Shown: positions 1-10,769 of the stretch, in pieces
Numbering within the stretch: position 1 is the stretch's first letter
How the letters are laid out: each line of letters opens with the position of its first letter
From: Thermoplasmata archaeon
GTDB lineage: Archaea; Thermoplasmatota; Thermoplasmata; Thermoplasmatales; GCA-001856825
Length of the DNA: 64,000 nucleotides
Reading direction: 5' to 3'
Assembly (NCBI GenBank): GCA_021792255.1
Contig: JAJYUZ010000001.1
Location: 64,001-128,000 of the forward strand
The notes under the pieces: generated by a model
What the model was told of the DNA's origin: nothing
Seen by the model: the letters and a program-made list of their open reading frames with translations, nothing else
Database searches by the model: none
Translations under genes and position numbers: made by a program

Positions 1-1
1 G

Positions 2-286
2 ATCTCTTCTTTACTCTTTCACCCGGGCACTGCCCTTATTTTGAAATACGGTAGAACGGTCAAGAAGGGCATATATTTTCTATTGTTCACCATACTTCTC
101 CACGGAATCGAGGACGGAGGAGTAGTATATACCGATATTTACGTAATCACTCATCCCGGTCAGTATCTCTTTGCAATTGCAGTATTCTGGAGCGTCGCAA
201 TTGTCGTCTCTCTCTTCGCCTTCGTAATGGCAATGAGTCTCAGAACAAAATTGTACTCGGAGAGAGTTGAAGAGAATCTAATATAA
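2..286 (+). CDS. YhfC/PrsW-like intramembrane protease, 3' part (5'-truncated by window)
   Basis: Frame is open from position 2: ISSLLFHPGTALILKYG...FTILLHGIED. The two His motifs in hydrophobic helices are typical of YhfC/PrsW proteases. Confidence 0.6.
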   Translation: MSSLLFHPGTALILKYGRTVKKGIYFLLFTILLHGIEDGGVVYTDIYVITHPGQYLFAIAVFWSVAIVVSLFAFVMAMSLRTKLYSERVEENLI

Positions 287-410
287 ATCAGAGTCTCGAC
301 TTCAACTTGATCTAGTTCTTTGTTTTGACATTAGATTCGAGGACACATTTTTATAATAATATTGTCTACTAAAGCTGCATACAGAATAGTGTGCAAAGGA
401 GAGGACTAAA

Positions 411-899
411 TTGCCGTTTGCTTCAAACAAAGAGGAACGAATTCACCAACTGGAAAGACAGCTTTCCGATCTGAGAATGACCAGTTCGTACGGGAGTAAC
501 TGTGAGACGATAGCGCGAGTTCAGCTCCAATTGACTCAGCTTTATGCAGATACAGGTAACAAGATACTCTCTGACCAAATGCTAGATGAGGCACATAAGA
601 CACTACAGGATCCACTCTGCGTCAAAACGAAGGCTACTGATCAGATGCAAAGGAACGTCGAATATTACAAGAGTCACCCGGGAATGTTAAACCTACAATC
701 TATGCCGACGATATACAGATATCTCTCGCTGATTGTTCTACTTGTCGGATATATGGTCCTTTACGCTATGTACTATCTCTATCACGCGTTTTTCGTTTAC
801 AACGATTTTTTGATAGGTATCCTGATAGTATTCATGGTGAGCATAGGCCTAAATTTTGCAGTAAGGAATATGTACATGAAGAAAGCTTCCAGAATGTAG
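411..899 (+). CDS. Hypothetical membrane protein (soluble helical N-domain, two C-terminal TM helices)
   Basis: 162-aa ORF with TTG start after GGAGAGG; two hydrophobic segments at the C-terminus. Confidence 0.7.
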   Translation: MPFASNKEERIHQLERQLSDLRMTSSYGSNCETIARVQLQLTQLYADTGNKILSDQMLDEAHKTLQDPLCVKTKATDQMQRNVEYYKSHPGMLNLQSMPTIYRYLSLIVLLVGYMVLYAMYYLYHAFFVYNDFLIGILIVFMVSIGLNFAVRNMYMKKASRM

Positions 900-934
900 A
901 GTAGCACTTTCTTTTGCTGATCTATTTTCGTGCT

Positions 935-1900
935 TCAAGCATCCTTTGGGTGCCAGACTATTCCAGAACATGCTGACTCCCGAGATTTGAGATGGATATT
1001 GGTCGACAAGAGTGCGTCTTGAGGTCCAGCGATTAACCTGCAGTTGCCTATGAAATCCTTTATTTCGTCAAGATACATGTCGATCCTATCGTCGTATTCC
1101 TTCGTCAGTTCATCATTAATATACAGACTGGACGAAACCGTCGTTGAATAAAAATTCGTGACCGTTAAAACGCCTTCTTCTCCAAAAATTTTGAGATCGT
1201 TCGAATTGGAGGGAATGACTCTTGATGAAAGTGAGTTCGCGATGACTCCATTTTCAAATTCCATGGATACCTGCATCGTGTCGTCTAATACCGAGCATCT
1301 TGGAAGACTGAATGCACTCATCGATCTAACGTCCCTACCAAACAAATTTACAAAACTGTCAAAAATGTGGACTCCCAATCCAACGACAGAGCCTCCTCCC
1401 GATCTGTCCGGTTGTCCTCGCCATATGGAACTGTCGTACGGTGCACTATTTCTTGTCCATTTTCCGAATGCGATCTTTGGTTCACCAATTTGTTTCAGAG
1501 CAAGAATCTTCTTTACTTCCTCAACGGCCGGATGGAATCTAAGGTGAAATCCAACGCGAAAATTCAGATTCTCTTTCTCAGAAAAATTGACTAGCGTTTC
1601 TGTATCTTCAACCTTCAAAGTTACGGGCTTTTCCAGTAAGACCGATTTACCTGCTTCCAGACACATCTTGGCGTGATTGAAATGGAGAAAGTTTGGAGAA
1701 GATATGTAGACCGCTTCGAAGGATCCTTTCACAAAACTCTCCAGGTCTGGTAGGTATTCGGCGCCAATATCCTTCGAAACCCTTTCTCCCTTGGAACGAT
1801 CCGTTGAATAAATATGGGTGATTCTAGATCCAGACGCAATTATTGCAGGTATAACCTTCGTCATGGCGTGATTTCCTAGAGAAATGATCCCAAAATCCAC
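935..1900 (-). CDS. Gfo/Idh/MocA family oxidoreductase
   Basis: N-terminal Rossmann FGIISLGNHA; SSPNFLH; LEKP; GFHLRFHP; GGGSVVGLGVH. Confidence 0.9.
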   Translation of the reverse strand: MDFGIISLGNHAMTKVIPAIIASGSRITHIYSTDRSKGERVSKDIGAEYLPDLESFVKGSFEAVYISSPNFLHFNHAKMCLEAGKSVLLEKPVTLKVEDTETLVNFSEKENLNFRVGFHLRFHPAVEEVKKILALKQIGEPKIAFGKWTRNSAPYDSSIWRGQPDRSGGGSVVGLGVHIFDSFVNLFGRDVRSMSAFSLPRCSVLDDTMQVSMEFENGVIANSLSSRVIPSNSNDLKIFGEEGVLTVTNFYSTTVSSSLYINDELTKEYDDRIDMYLDEIKDFIGNCRLIAGPQDALLSTNIHLKSRESACSGIVWHPKDA

Positions 1901-1980
1901 AAATCACTTATAAATTATAAAATAAATCATTTCCTCAATGAAATCGAGAAAGGTTAGTCAAAATTGTGATGGAATCGCGA

Positions 1981-2054
1981 CGGGCCCAGTGGGAATCGAA
2001 CCCACGACCACCTGGTTAAAAGCCAGATGCTCTACCGAGCTGAGCTACGGGCCC
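1981..2054 (-). tRNA. tRNA-Lys (anticodon UUU)
   Basis: Reverse complement GGGCCCGTAGCTCAG...TCTGG-CTTTTAA-CCAGG...GGTTCGATTCC...TGGGCCCG folds as a cloverleaf; no intron; CCA not encoded. Confidence 0.96.
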
Positions 2055-2091
2055 CAGGCGGTATGAATTAAAAAAATATAAATATTATTGG

Positions 2092-3042
2092 TCAGACTTC
2101 GACATTTATTCCGAGTTTTTCTGTGAGTTCCTTGTACCGATTCCTGATTGTGACCTCTGTGACTCCAGCTACTTCAGCTACTTCTCTTTGGGTCCTTCTC
2201 TCGTTCAAGGAAATGCTTGCAATATAGATTGCCGCAGCCGCTACTCCGGTAGGTCCCCTCCCAGAAGTCAGGTCCCTATTTTCTGCGAGCTTCAGGATCT
2301 CCATCGCTTTTTTCTTTGCCTCGTTAGATAGTCTCAGTCTATTGCAGAATCTGTTTATGTAGTCCTCTGGACGCGATGGGAAAATACCTAGCTGTAGAAT
2401 TCTGCTCATCATCCTGTAAGTTCTTCCTATCTCTTTCTTCTTGATTCTGGTTACAGACGCAATCTCTTCTAGCGTCCTCGGGACACCCATCTGTCTGCAG
2501 GCGCCATAGATTGACCCTGCCACGACACCTTCTATGGATCTTCCTCTTATCATGTTCTCTTTTACTGCCCTTCTGTAGATGACGGCTGCCGTCTCCCTGA
2601 CATCCTTTGGCAGGCTAAGATTTGATGCCATCCTTTCCAGCTCTTGAAGTGCCTGGGCAAGATTTCTTTCTGCAGCATTTGAAACTTTTATTCTTCTCTG
2701 CCACTTCCTCAGCCTGTAGAGCTGAGCTCTACTCTTGGTCGGAATACTCTTTCCGTAAGAATCCTTGTTCTTCCAGGAAATTTCGGTACTCAATCCCTTA
2801 TCGTGAATAGTATAAGTCATTGGCGCTCCGGTCCTTGCTCTCGCCTCGGACTGTTCGGAATCGAAAGCTCTCCAATCTGGTCCCTGATCTATGAAACTGT
2901 CATCTATGACAAGACCACAGTCTTGACAAACGAGTTCCCCTCGATCATAGTCCCTCACTAGGTGGGTAGAACCACACTCGGGACACTTGGTCACTTCTTC
3001 GAAAAGGTCTCTCTTATTCTTCTTCCTCTCTTCTTCAACCAT
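2092..3042 (-). CDS. tfb: Transcription initiation factor IIB
   Basis: Zn ribbon CPECG...CQDCG; PDWRAF B-reader; two cyclin repeats; [14 protein letters not shown]. Confidence 0.98.
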   Translation of the reverse strand: MVEEERKKNKRDLFEEVTKCPECGSTHLVRDYDRGELVCQDCGLVIDDSFIDQGPDWRAFDSEQSEARARTGAPMTYTIHDKGLSTEISWKNKDSYGKSIPTKSRAQLYRLRKWQRRIKVSNAAERNLAQALQELERMASNLSLPKDVRETAAVIYRRAVKENMIRGRSIEGVVAGSIYGACRQMGVPRTLEEIASVTRIKKKEIGRTYRMMSRILQLGIFPSRPEDYINRFCNRLRLSNEAKKKAMEILKLAENRDLTSGRGPTGVAAAAIYIASISLNERRTQREVAEVAGVTEVTIRNRYKELTEKLGINVEV

Positions 3043-3046
3043 TCTT

Positions 3047-3262
3047 TCACCTCACATATATTTCCTTTGCCATAACTCCCTTTGAATCTATTGCGGCATA
3101 CGGTGCTTTGACAGGGCCAAACAATCTCGCTATTTTTCCCAGCGGTTTACCCTCCTTTCCAAAGACTTTTGTTGATAACTGAACCTCCCTGTTCAACTTG
3201 GCTATCAGCTTTCCCTCCCTCACTCCTAAAACAGTACCTACTTTCTTGAGAGAATTAGGCAT
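3047..3262 (-). CDS. gar1: Gar1/Naf1 family H/ACA RNP protein
   Basis: [14 protein letters not shown] motif; gar1-tfb adjacency is conserved in Euryarchaea. Confidence 0.85.
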   Translation of the reverse strand: MPNSLKKVGTVLGVREGKLIAKLNREVQLSTKVFGKEGKPLGKIARLFGPVKAPYAAIDSKGVMAKEIYVR

Positions 3263-3292
3263 AGGCCACTAGTATACCTTTTTAGTATTTAA

Positions 3293-4924
3293 TCATTTCG
3301 CAAATTTTTCCTGTTCTATAAAACCCTTTCTGCGAACATTATTATATTTCGAAGCGGCCAGCACCAGACCTTCGTGCAGAATCGATGGTTTTTCCGGTCT
3401 GCTCTTAAATTCTGCGTGGAACTGTGAGCCCATGAAAAATGGATGGTCCTTCAATTCTAAAATTTCCATCCTCACTCCACTTTCGTCCGTTGCTGAGAAC
3501 AGCATACCACTTTTTTCAATTTCCTTAATAAACTTTGGATTCACTTCGTATCTGTGCCTGTGTCTTTCTAGAACTTCGTGCTGCCCATAAAGGTCAAAGG
3601 CTCTGGTCCCATCCTTGACAATGAGCTTTAGGTCCCCAAGTCTCATTGTCCCTCCCATCTCGCTCAATCCAACTTGCTCTGGCAGGAGATCTATGACAGG
3701 GAATTTGGTTCCTGGATTAAATTCGGTAGAGTTTGCTCCTTCCAGACCTAATACATTCCTTGCAAACTCGACAACCGACAACTGAAATCCCAGACAGATT
3801 CCTAGGAGCGGGACTCCATTCTCTCTAGCAAATTTAATTGCCTTAATCTTTCCTTCCGTACCTCTCGGTCCAAAGCCTCCAGGGATGAGAATGCCATCAA
3901 CTTCCCTGAGCATTTCCTCTTCCCGTTCTTCGCTATCGGAGTTAATCCATTTTATCTTGATTCCTATTCCTGTCTTTCCCGTCACGTGCATAAAAGTGTG
4001 CTCGTGCGAGATATATGAGTCCTTCAGATTGACGTACTTTCCGACCACTCCTATGGTGACGAATTGGGAGGGGTTCTTGATATTCTCGACAACGCCTTTC
4101 CAGAAGTCCATGTTCGATTCGTTGGTCTTCAGTCCGATCTTGTCTAGCATGTAATTTGGCAGGACGGTCTCGTTAAGCACCAAAGGCATCGAGAAAATAT
4201 CTCCAACATCCGGAATTCCAATGACAGCTTTCTCATCAACCTGTGTGAACAGGGCAATTTTTTCCCTGAGCTCTCTATCCAATTCTATTTCGCTTCTTGC
4301 GATAATCGCATCAGGTTGGATACCAATAGATCTTAGTTCCTTTACGCTGTGCTGTGTCGGTTTAGTCTTTGGTTCTCCGACGCTTCTTAGGGTGGGAACG
4401 TAAGTAACGTGAATGAAGAATATCTTTCCGTCCTCCTCAAGTCTCATTTGCCTGAGGGCTTCTAAGAAGGGCATAGACTCTATATCTCCAACCACCCCCC
4501 CTACCTCTATCAACACAATATCGGCACCGTCTTCTACGCCTATCGTCCTGATTCTCTTTTTGATCTCGTCGGTTATGTGTGGTATGATCTGCACGGTGCT
4601 TCCGAGGAAGTCACCTCTCCTCTCTTTTTCAATGACCCATTTGTATATCTTTCCAGTCGTGAGATTGTTTCCACTCTTGAGGTCCCTGCTTAGGAACCTC
4701 TCGTAGTTCCCCAGATCTAGATCAGTTTCAGTTCCATCGCTCAGTACGAATACTTCCCCGTGTTGATAAGGATTCATCGTCCCTGCATCGTAATTGATGT
4801 ATGGGTCGATCTTGACAATATCGACTTTGTAATTTCTTTCCTTTAGAATGTAGGCCAATGAAGAGGTGATTGTTCCTTTTCCAATACCAGAAATTACTCC
4901 TCCAGTAATCGCTACAAAACGCAT
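3293..4924 (-). CDS. pyrG: CTP synthase
   Basis: TGGVISGIGKG; GTMNPYQHGEVFV; GICLG; ERHRHRYE; QFHAE. Start moved to ATG 4924 (MRFVAITGG). Confidence 0.98.
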   Translation of the reverse strand: MRFVAITGGVISGIGKGTITSSLAYILKERNYKVDIVKIDPYINYDAGTMNPYQHGEVFVLSDGTETDLDLGNYERFLSRDLKSGNNLTTGKIYKWVIEKERRGDFLGSTVQIIPHITDEIKKRIRTIGVEDGADIVLIEVGGVVGDIESMPFLEALRQMRLEEDGKIFFIHVTYVPTLRSVGEPKTKPTQHSVKELRSIGIQPDAIIARSEIELDRELREKIALFTQVDEKAVIGIPDVGDIFSMPLVLNETVLPNYMLDKIGLKTNESNMDFWKGVVENIKNPSQFVTIGVVGKYVNLKDSYISHEHTFMHVTGKTGIGIKIKWINSDSEEREEEMLREVDGILIPGGFGPRGTEGKIKAIKFARENGVPLLGICLGFQLSVVEFARNVLGLEGANSTEFNPGTKFPVIDLLPEQVGLSEMGGTMRLGDLKLIVKDGTRAFDLYGQHEVLERHRHRYEVNPKFIKEIEKSGMLFSATDESGVRMEILELKDHPFFMGSQFHAEFKSRPEKPSILHEGLVLAASKYNNVRRKGFIEQEKFAK

Positions 4925-5060
4925 ATCTCTTATTTCCAAGCTGATATTAATCTTTTGTGAAAGGTCACAGAAGAGGCCCAAACAATTTCTTCTGGAAGGT
5001 TAATAGCAGTGGGAATCAAATTCCAAAAAAGTATATTTGAAATGATATCATGATAAATCA

Positions 5061-7379
5061 ATGGAAGACGAGATTAGGGTAATCACCTCCTCATATTTCA
5101 GCGAAAATGGATCACCTATAATAGAAATCTTTGGAAGGAATAGGAACGGCGAGTCCGTTGTTCTCCTCTATAAAAAATTCTTGCCCTATTTCTTTGTCAT
5201 CGAACCAACGGAGGATGAAACGAGGCGACTGAAAGTAGTAGAGGAAATGGTCAGTGTAGAAGAGAAAGAGCTTTGGTTCAAAGGGAAAATAAGGAGAGCA
5301 GTCAAGTTTACTTGTAAATCCCCATGGAGAGTCCCGGAGTTCAGAAAGTATGTTTCAGACTCCAATAGGGTACTGGCCGCTGATATCCCCTTTCACTTCA
5401 GGTTTTTTTACGATTTCGACCTCGGCAGTTGTGTCCGATTCAAGGGGGAAGAAATAAAGAATGACAAGTTCACGGTTGACCACGTTGTCATAGCCGAAAG
5501 TGTTGAGAGAACAACAGACTTCTTGCCACCTCTGAAGGTACTCAGCTTTGATATTGAAAATAGCATAAAGACCCAGCATTTATTCGTCATCGGATACACT
5601 ATCAGTTTCAGGGGGAATTACACTGACGGTTCAATATATGGCGAACCGATAGATATTCTGGACAGATTCATCCAGCTTGTGAGAAAGGAAGATCCTGACA
5701 TTATCACTGGCTATAACATAGATGGTTATGATCTCCCTTTTTTGAAGAATTTAGCAGACAAAGAAAAAATTGTCATGAACCTGGCAAGAGACATGAGTCC
5801 ACCTCAGAGGATACAGGATCAGTTCTGGAGGATTCACGGCAGAGTCGTAGCTGACGCTTGGTGGAATGTGAAGAGGGAAATTCATCCCAAGCAGGAAACT
5901 CTTGCCTACGTCTCGCAGGAACTTCTGGGAGAGGCAAAGGGAGATGTGGACAGGCTGAACATAGACCAGGAATGGCAGAAAGATCGCGAAAGAGTAATAA
6001 AATATTGCATCAAAGATTCGTACCTTGCACTGAAAATTCTTGAAAAGATAGATGTTATCGAAAAATACGAAAACATGAGCACCGTTTCCATGATCCCTCT
6101 AGATGACGTCTGGAACTCCGGGAACTCTACACTAATCGATTCTCTGGTAATCAGGGAGGCGGACAGAAGAAGTATCGCAGTCCCGATGAACAATTTTGTC
6201 ACACAGAACTCAGAGAGAATAGAGGGAGGCTATGTTCACTCGATTGAGGCCGGTCTCTATGATATGGTAGCTGTGATGGACTTCAAGAGCATGTACCCGA
6301 GTCTCATGATAAAGTACAACATATGCTTCACGACGATGTCACCGGAAGGCGAAATAGTTTCTCCTAACGGTACTAGATTTCTCTCCAGACAAGTCAGGAG
6401 GGGGCTGATACCAGAACTGTTGGAAATGCTGATGAAAACCAGAGACAGTTACAAGGATATGATGAAGAGAGAAGTAGATGCTGATAAGAAAAGGTACCTA
6501 GATAGCATGCAGAGTCAGGTCAAGATACTGATGAACTCTTTCTATGGCGTATTTGCATCCAGTTTCTACAGGTTCACTGATCAGAGCATTGGATCGAGTA
6601 TCACCGCTTTTGCCAGGGATGCAATCAAGGGGATCATCAACGATTTTACCTCTAGTGGTATACAGGTCGTCTATGGAGATACTGATTCAGTATTCATAAA
6701 GACGGGTAAGGCGACGGTAGACGAAGCCCTGCAGTTGTCAAACAAGCTGAAAGAGGAGACATCAAACAAGCTGGGTATCGTTATTGAAGTCGAACGGGTC
6801 CTGGATCCACTGTTTTCGCACGGGGCAAAAAAGAGATACGCAGGGAAGGTAGTCTTCCCGAAACAGGATGCAGGAAACATAGTCGTAAGGGGGTACGAGA
6901 TAAGGAGAACAGATTCATTCGATTTGCAGTCTGACGCGCTGATGGAAATATTCCACCACATACTCGATCGAGACGTCAATGGGGCACTCAGGAGAGCCAA
7001 GGAGATAATATCCGATGTGAAAGAGGGGAGAGTGGAAAACGACAAACTCGTCATTTCACGTTCGGTTAAGGAGTTCGAATTCTACAAAGAAATGGACTCG
7101 CTTGCTAACGTTCAGGCGGCTCAGAAAATGATAAAGATGGGGAGAGAGTTCGTTCCCGGAATGAAGGTTTCGTGGATAGTGGTCGACAGCAAGAAGAGGC
7201 CACAAATTGTTGAACCGTATATTCCAAACGTGACGTTCCAATTCAAGCCGGATTACGATTATTATGCGGACCGAGTTGCCCAGACTCTTTCAAGGATAAC
7301 CGAAGTATTCAATGTAGATGAGTCTTCCCTGAGGACTGCTGACGTAAGAAGGAAAAGCACCTTGGAGGACTTCTTTTGA
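5061..7379 (+). CDS. polB: Family B DNA polymerase
   Basis: Exonuclease motifs SFDIE, YNIDGYD, YCIKD; polymerase motifs DFKSMYPS, KILMNSFYG, YGDTDS; C-terminal PIP-like STLEDFF. Confidence 0.97.
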   Translation: MEDEIRVITSSYFSENGSPIIEIFGRNRNGESVVLLYKKFLPYFFVIEPTEDETRRLKVVEEMVSVEEKELWFKGKIRRAVKFTCKSPWRVPEFRKYVSDSNRVLAADIPFHFRFFYDFDLGSCVRFKGEEIKNDKFTVDHVVIAESVERTTDFLPPLKVLSFDIENSIKTQHLFVIGYTISFRGNYTDGSIYGEPIDILDRFIQLVRKEDPDIITGYNIDGYDLPFLKNLADKEKIVMNLARDMSPPQRIQDQFWRIHGRVVADAWWNVKREIHPKQETLAYVSQELLGEAKGDVDRLNIDQEWQKDRERVIKYCIKDSYLALKILEKIDVIEKYENMSTVSMIPLDDVWNSGNSTLIDSLVIREADRRSIAVPMNNFVTQNSERIEGGYVHSIEAGLYDMVAVMDFKSMYPSLMIKYNICFTTMSPEGEIVSPNGTRFLSRQVRRGLIPELLEMLMKTRDSYKDMMKREVDADKKRYLDSMQSQVKILMNSFYGVFASSFYRFTDQSIGSSITAFARDAIKGIINDFTSSGIQVVYGDTDSVFIKTGKATVDEALQLSNKLKEETSNKLGIVIEVERVLDPLFSHGAKKRYAGKVVFPKQDAGNIVVRGYEIRRTDSFDLQSDALMEIFHHILDRDVNGALRRAKEIISDVKEGRVENDKLVISRSVKEFEFYKEMDSLANVQAAQKMIKMGREFVPGMKVSWIVVDSKKRPQIVEPYIPNVTFQFKPDYDYYADRVAQTLSRITEVFNVDESSLRTADVRRKSTLEDFF

Positions 7380-7418
7380 AGGGCAAAATATTATTTATTC
7401 TTAGTGTAAATAAACAAT

Positions 7419-9008
7419 GTGCCTCACTATCCCGATACTGATGAAGTCGATCGGTCACATTTCTATTCTGCTCCTGGCCTGAGAATTGTGAGCAGCGACT
7501 CAGAATTAGAGACAATAGAGTCGTACTCCATCAATAGGTTTGACAAGGTGAAAATACTCCGAGACCTCAAATCGGGGAGAATGCTCTATTTTGTCACTTC
7601 ACCAGGCATTAGCGAAGACGAGACAAGGACTCTTGGAAACATCAAGAAGTCTTTCACTAAATCATTAAAAGATGAACCAGACATACTGCCTTACGTGGAC
7701 AGGAAGAAGTACCTGAATGAACGAGTCTCTTCGTACATTCTGGAAAATCACTTGAGTTACGACGAAGACACCTTGAATTACCTACAACACATCGTCCAAA
7801 GAGATTATCTAGGCTACGGAAAGATAGACGCGATTATGAATGACGCAAACGTCGAGGACATATCGTGTGATGGCGCTGGAATTCCAATTTATGTCTACCA
7901 TAAGAAATACCGAAATCTCAGAACCAATTTGACCTTTGAAGATGACAGAGAGCTGAATAATTTCATAGTTCTTCTTTCCCAGAAGGGAAATAAACAGATA
8001 TCTGTTTCCGACCCTATCCTCGATGCATCGACCCCCGAAGGTAACAGAATCAACGCGACGTTTGGGAAAGAGGTCACTGCAAAGGGAGGAACGTTCACAA
8101 TTCGTCTCTTCAAGAAAGTACCCTTGACGCCAGTCGACCTAGTCTTGCTCAAAACTGCCAGTCCCGAACTGATGGCTTATTTGTGGATGGCAACAGAGAG
8201 CGGCAAGAATCTGATTGTTCTGGGAGGAACGGGGGTGGGTAAAACGTCGACTCTAAACGCGGTCTCTATATTCCTTCCTTCTAATTCCAAGATAGTCAGC
8301 ATCGAGGACACAAGTGAGATAAACATACCTCACAAAAATTGGATTTCTGCGATCACCAGAAGTGGGGTGGGCGAAGGAAGGTTCGTCACTGGCAGGTCTG
8401 CCGGAGAGATTGATATGTTTGATCTGCTAATGAGTGCACTCAGACAACGCCCAGATTACATGATTGTGGGAGAGATCAGAGGAAAGGAGGCGTACAACCT
8501 GTTTCAGGCTATGTCTATGGGCCAGACAACTCTGACAACCATGCACGCGGAATCTATTGATAACATGATTACGAGACTGGAAAATCATCCACTAAACATT
8601 CCGAGAACGATGTTTACCTCTATAAACTGCGTCGTGTTGCAATCACAGGTCAAGATCAATGGACGACTTGAAAGAAGAATTACAGAAGTATCTGAGATTG
8701 TTAGGCTAGATCCAGAATCTAATGAACTGACCTTTAACACTATTTTTTACTGGGATTCATCCAGCGACAAAATTGTGTTTTCGGGTAAATCAGAAATACT
8801 TACTGAAAAGATTGAAAGCAATGGTCCAGACCAGGAAGAATACAAAGAGTTTAACAGTAGAACAAAACTCATAAAATATCTATCAGAAATGAAAGTCACG
8901 GACTACAAAGAGATGTGGAACTACCTTAGGAAGTATTCGAAAGACCCAACAGGACTTTATTCTGAGATAGAAAGCGCAGTCGAGGAAAGGAGGAAGTCTG
9001 GTGAGTAA
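7419..9008 (+). CDS. Type II/IV secretion (type IV pilus assembly) ATPase, VirB11/PilB/ArlI family
   Basis: EDISCDG; FTIRLF; Walker A GGTGVGKT; SIEDTSE; LRQRPDYMIVGEIRG; TMHA. Confidence 0.93.
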   Translation: MPHYPDTDEVDRSHFYSAPGLRIVSSDSELETIESYSINRFDKVKILRDLKSGRMLYFVTSPGISEDETRTLGNIKKSFTKSLKDEPDILPYVDRKKYLNERVSSYILENHLSYDEDTLNYLQHIVQRDYLGYGKIDAIMNDANVEDISCDGAGIPIYVYHKKYRNLRTNLTFEDDRELNNFIVLLSQKGNKQISVSDPILDASTPEGNRINATFGKEVTAKGGTFTIRLFKKVPLTPVDLVLLKTASPELMAYLWMATESGKNLIVLGGTGVGKTSTLNAVSIFLPSNSKIVSIEDTSEINIPHKNWISAITRSGVGEGRFVTGRSAGEIDMFDLLMSALRQRPDYMIVGEIRGKEAYNLFQAMSMGQTTLTTMHAESIDNMITRLENHPLNIPRTMFTSINCVVLQSQVKINGRLERRITEVSEIVRLDPESNELTFNTIFYWDSSSDKIVFSGKSEILTEKIESNGPDQEEYKEFNSRTKLIKYLSEMKVTDYKEMWNYLRKYSKDPTGLYSEIESAVEERRKSGE

Positions 9009-9939
9009 ACGGACAGCACAATCAGATTCCACCTCAAAGGTCGATGAAAATTATGCTTCTGAGAACAGTGCAGTTAATAGTTTCTTTAGGGTTTCTTACG
9101 GACTTTTTGCTCTATTTATTGGGGGAACGAAATCTGACTTTCTCAGTAGCATACAACTAAATTTGGACAAAGCGGAGATCGATATATCTTCAGAAGTATA
9201 CCTAAGCGGAGTTTACTTTGCTAGTATGCTTGTGGGAATTGTACTGGTTGCTTTGACATTGGGAGAATACCTCAACAGGGGTCCATATAACTTCGTCTCG
9301 ATTCTGATTCCTGTTTCAGTCGTTCTAACTCTAGGCGTCGGTTTCTTCCTTCCAGGAATCAAGTCATCATCTAGAGGTAAAAAAATCGATGAGAATCTTG
9401 GTTCCGCATTCTCCTTCATCTCAGCAATGTCGAGTGCAGACGTACCGATCAATGCTATAATGCTAAAACTGTCCAAAATGAAGGAGTACGGTGAAGTCAG
9501 CAGGGAAGCCTTAAAGATAGCAAGCCGTACAGAGATCCTTGGTACAGACATTTTTACAGCAATGCAGCAGGTTGCGAAAAGTAGCGCATCAATAGAGTGG
9601 CAAAAATTCCTACAAGGTGCGGTGGCTACTTCCACAGCCGGGGCCAGGTTAAAACCATACTTTGTAGGAAAGGCCACGGAATATCAGAGCAGGTTGAGAA
9701 TATCTCTAAAGAAGAACGCTGAAAGCGTGTCGGTATTTGCCGAGACGTACGTGACGGTCGGGGTTGCCTTCCCACTGTTTCTTATCGTCATTCTTGCGGT
9801 GATGTCAGTGATTGCAAGGACAGCAAGTGGAGCGACAATCTCTTTTCTTTTACTCTTCTCTTTCATCGTTTTGCCAGTCATGATTGTCACTTTTATCCTG
9901 CTGATTTCAAGCGTCAACAAGGAGGTCCAGATCTCTTGA
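9001..9939 (+). CDS. Type II secretion system F / TadC-like membrane platform protein
   Basis: TM-cytoplasmic-TM layout; YGEVSRE; AETYVT; overlaps the ATPase gene. Confidence 0.85.
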   Translation: MSKRTAQSDSTSKVDENYASENSAVNSFFRVSYGLFALFIGGTKSDFLSSIQLNLDKAEIDISSEVYLSGVYFASMLVGIVLVALTLGEYLNRGPYNFVSILIPVSVVLTLGVGFFLPGIKSSSRGKKIDENLGSAFSFISAMSSADVPINAIMLKLSKMKEYGEVSREALKIASRTEILGTDIFTAMQQVAKSSASIEWQKFLQGAVATSTAGARLKPYFVGKATEYQSRLRISLKKNAESVSVFAETYVTVGVAFPLFLIVILAVMSVIARTASGATISFLLLFSFIVLPVMIVTFILLISSVNKEVQIS

Positions 9940-10769
9940 ACAGACTGTCTTTGCTCGGGATCTCCTCCGGAGCTGTTTCCATTTTCTTTTCGCTTTACCT
10001 GTTTACAGTCAGCCCAAATAATCCTACATTAATTTTCGATTTTTTGGTCCTAGGTATCTTTCTTGCGCTCGCTCCCGCAGGAATCGTGGATATATTGCGA
10101 ACGAGAAAACAGAGGGCAATAGAAGGTGTACTTCCAGACTTCCTGAGGGACGTTGCCGAGGCCTCAAAATTTGGAACAAATCTTGCGGATTCGATCAAGA
10201 TAGCGTCAGAAGGACAGTATGGGGTCCTCAGTGGTGAGATCAAGAAGATCACTGCCCAAATAAAATGGGGGGTATCTGTTGATGAAGCGCTGAGGGGGTT
10301 TGCAGAGAGAAATAAATCTGCATTCACCGTAAGACTGATAAGCACTGTCATAGAATCGAACAGATCAGGAGGTAACGTGTCTGAAGTTCTCAATATTATA
10401 GCAGATAACTCCAAGGAGACTCAACTTCTTGCAAAAGAGAAATACTCTCAGCTAAATAGCTACGTAATAATTCTCCTGATAGCTTATGCAGTGTTTCTGC
10501 TCACCATACTCATACTTGATCAGCAGTTCTTTCCAGTTATGTCGAGACAAATAAGTTCTGGAAGTTCGATATCGTCCATCAGTTACCTAAACTATAGCGC
10601 AATCCCATTAATCAAAGAGATATTCACGGGAGTAGTGATACTTCAGGGAATAGGAAGTGGGTTGATGTCTGGAGTTCTTTTCGATGGGAGGTACCAGAGC
10701 GGATTCTTGTATGCCGCTGTTCTGATCGCCATCGGATACCTCACCGTTCTCCTATTTGGAGGAGTTTGA
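9936..10769 (+). CDS. Type II secretion system F / TadC-like membrane platform protein
   Basis: LPDFLRDVAE; YGVLSGEI; WGVSVDEAL; SGGNVSEVL; C-terminal TM helices. Confidence 0.9.
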   Translation: MNRLSLLGISSGAVSIFFSLYLFTVSPNNPTLIFDFLVLGIFLALAPAGIVDILRTRKQRAIEGVLPDFLRDVAEASKFGTNLADSIKIASEGQYGVLSGEIKKITAQIKWGVSVDEALRGFAERNKSAFTVRLISTVIESNRSGGNVSEVLNIIADNSKETQLLAKEKYSQLNSYVIILLIAYAVFLLTILILDQQFFPVMSRQISSGSSISSISYLNYSAIPLIKEIFTGVVILQGIGSGLMSGVLFDGRYQSGFLYAAVLIAIGYLTVLLFGGV

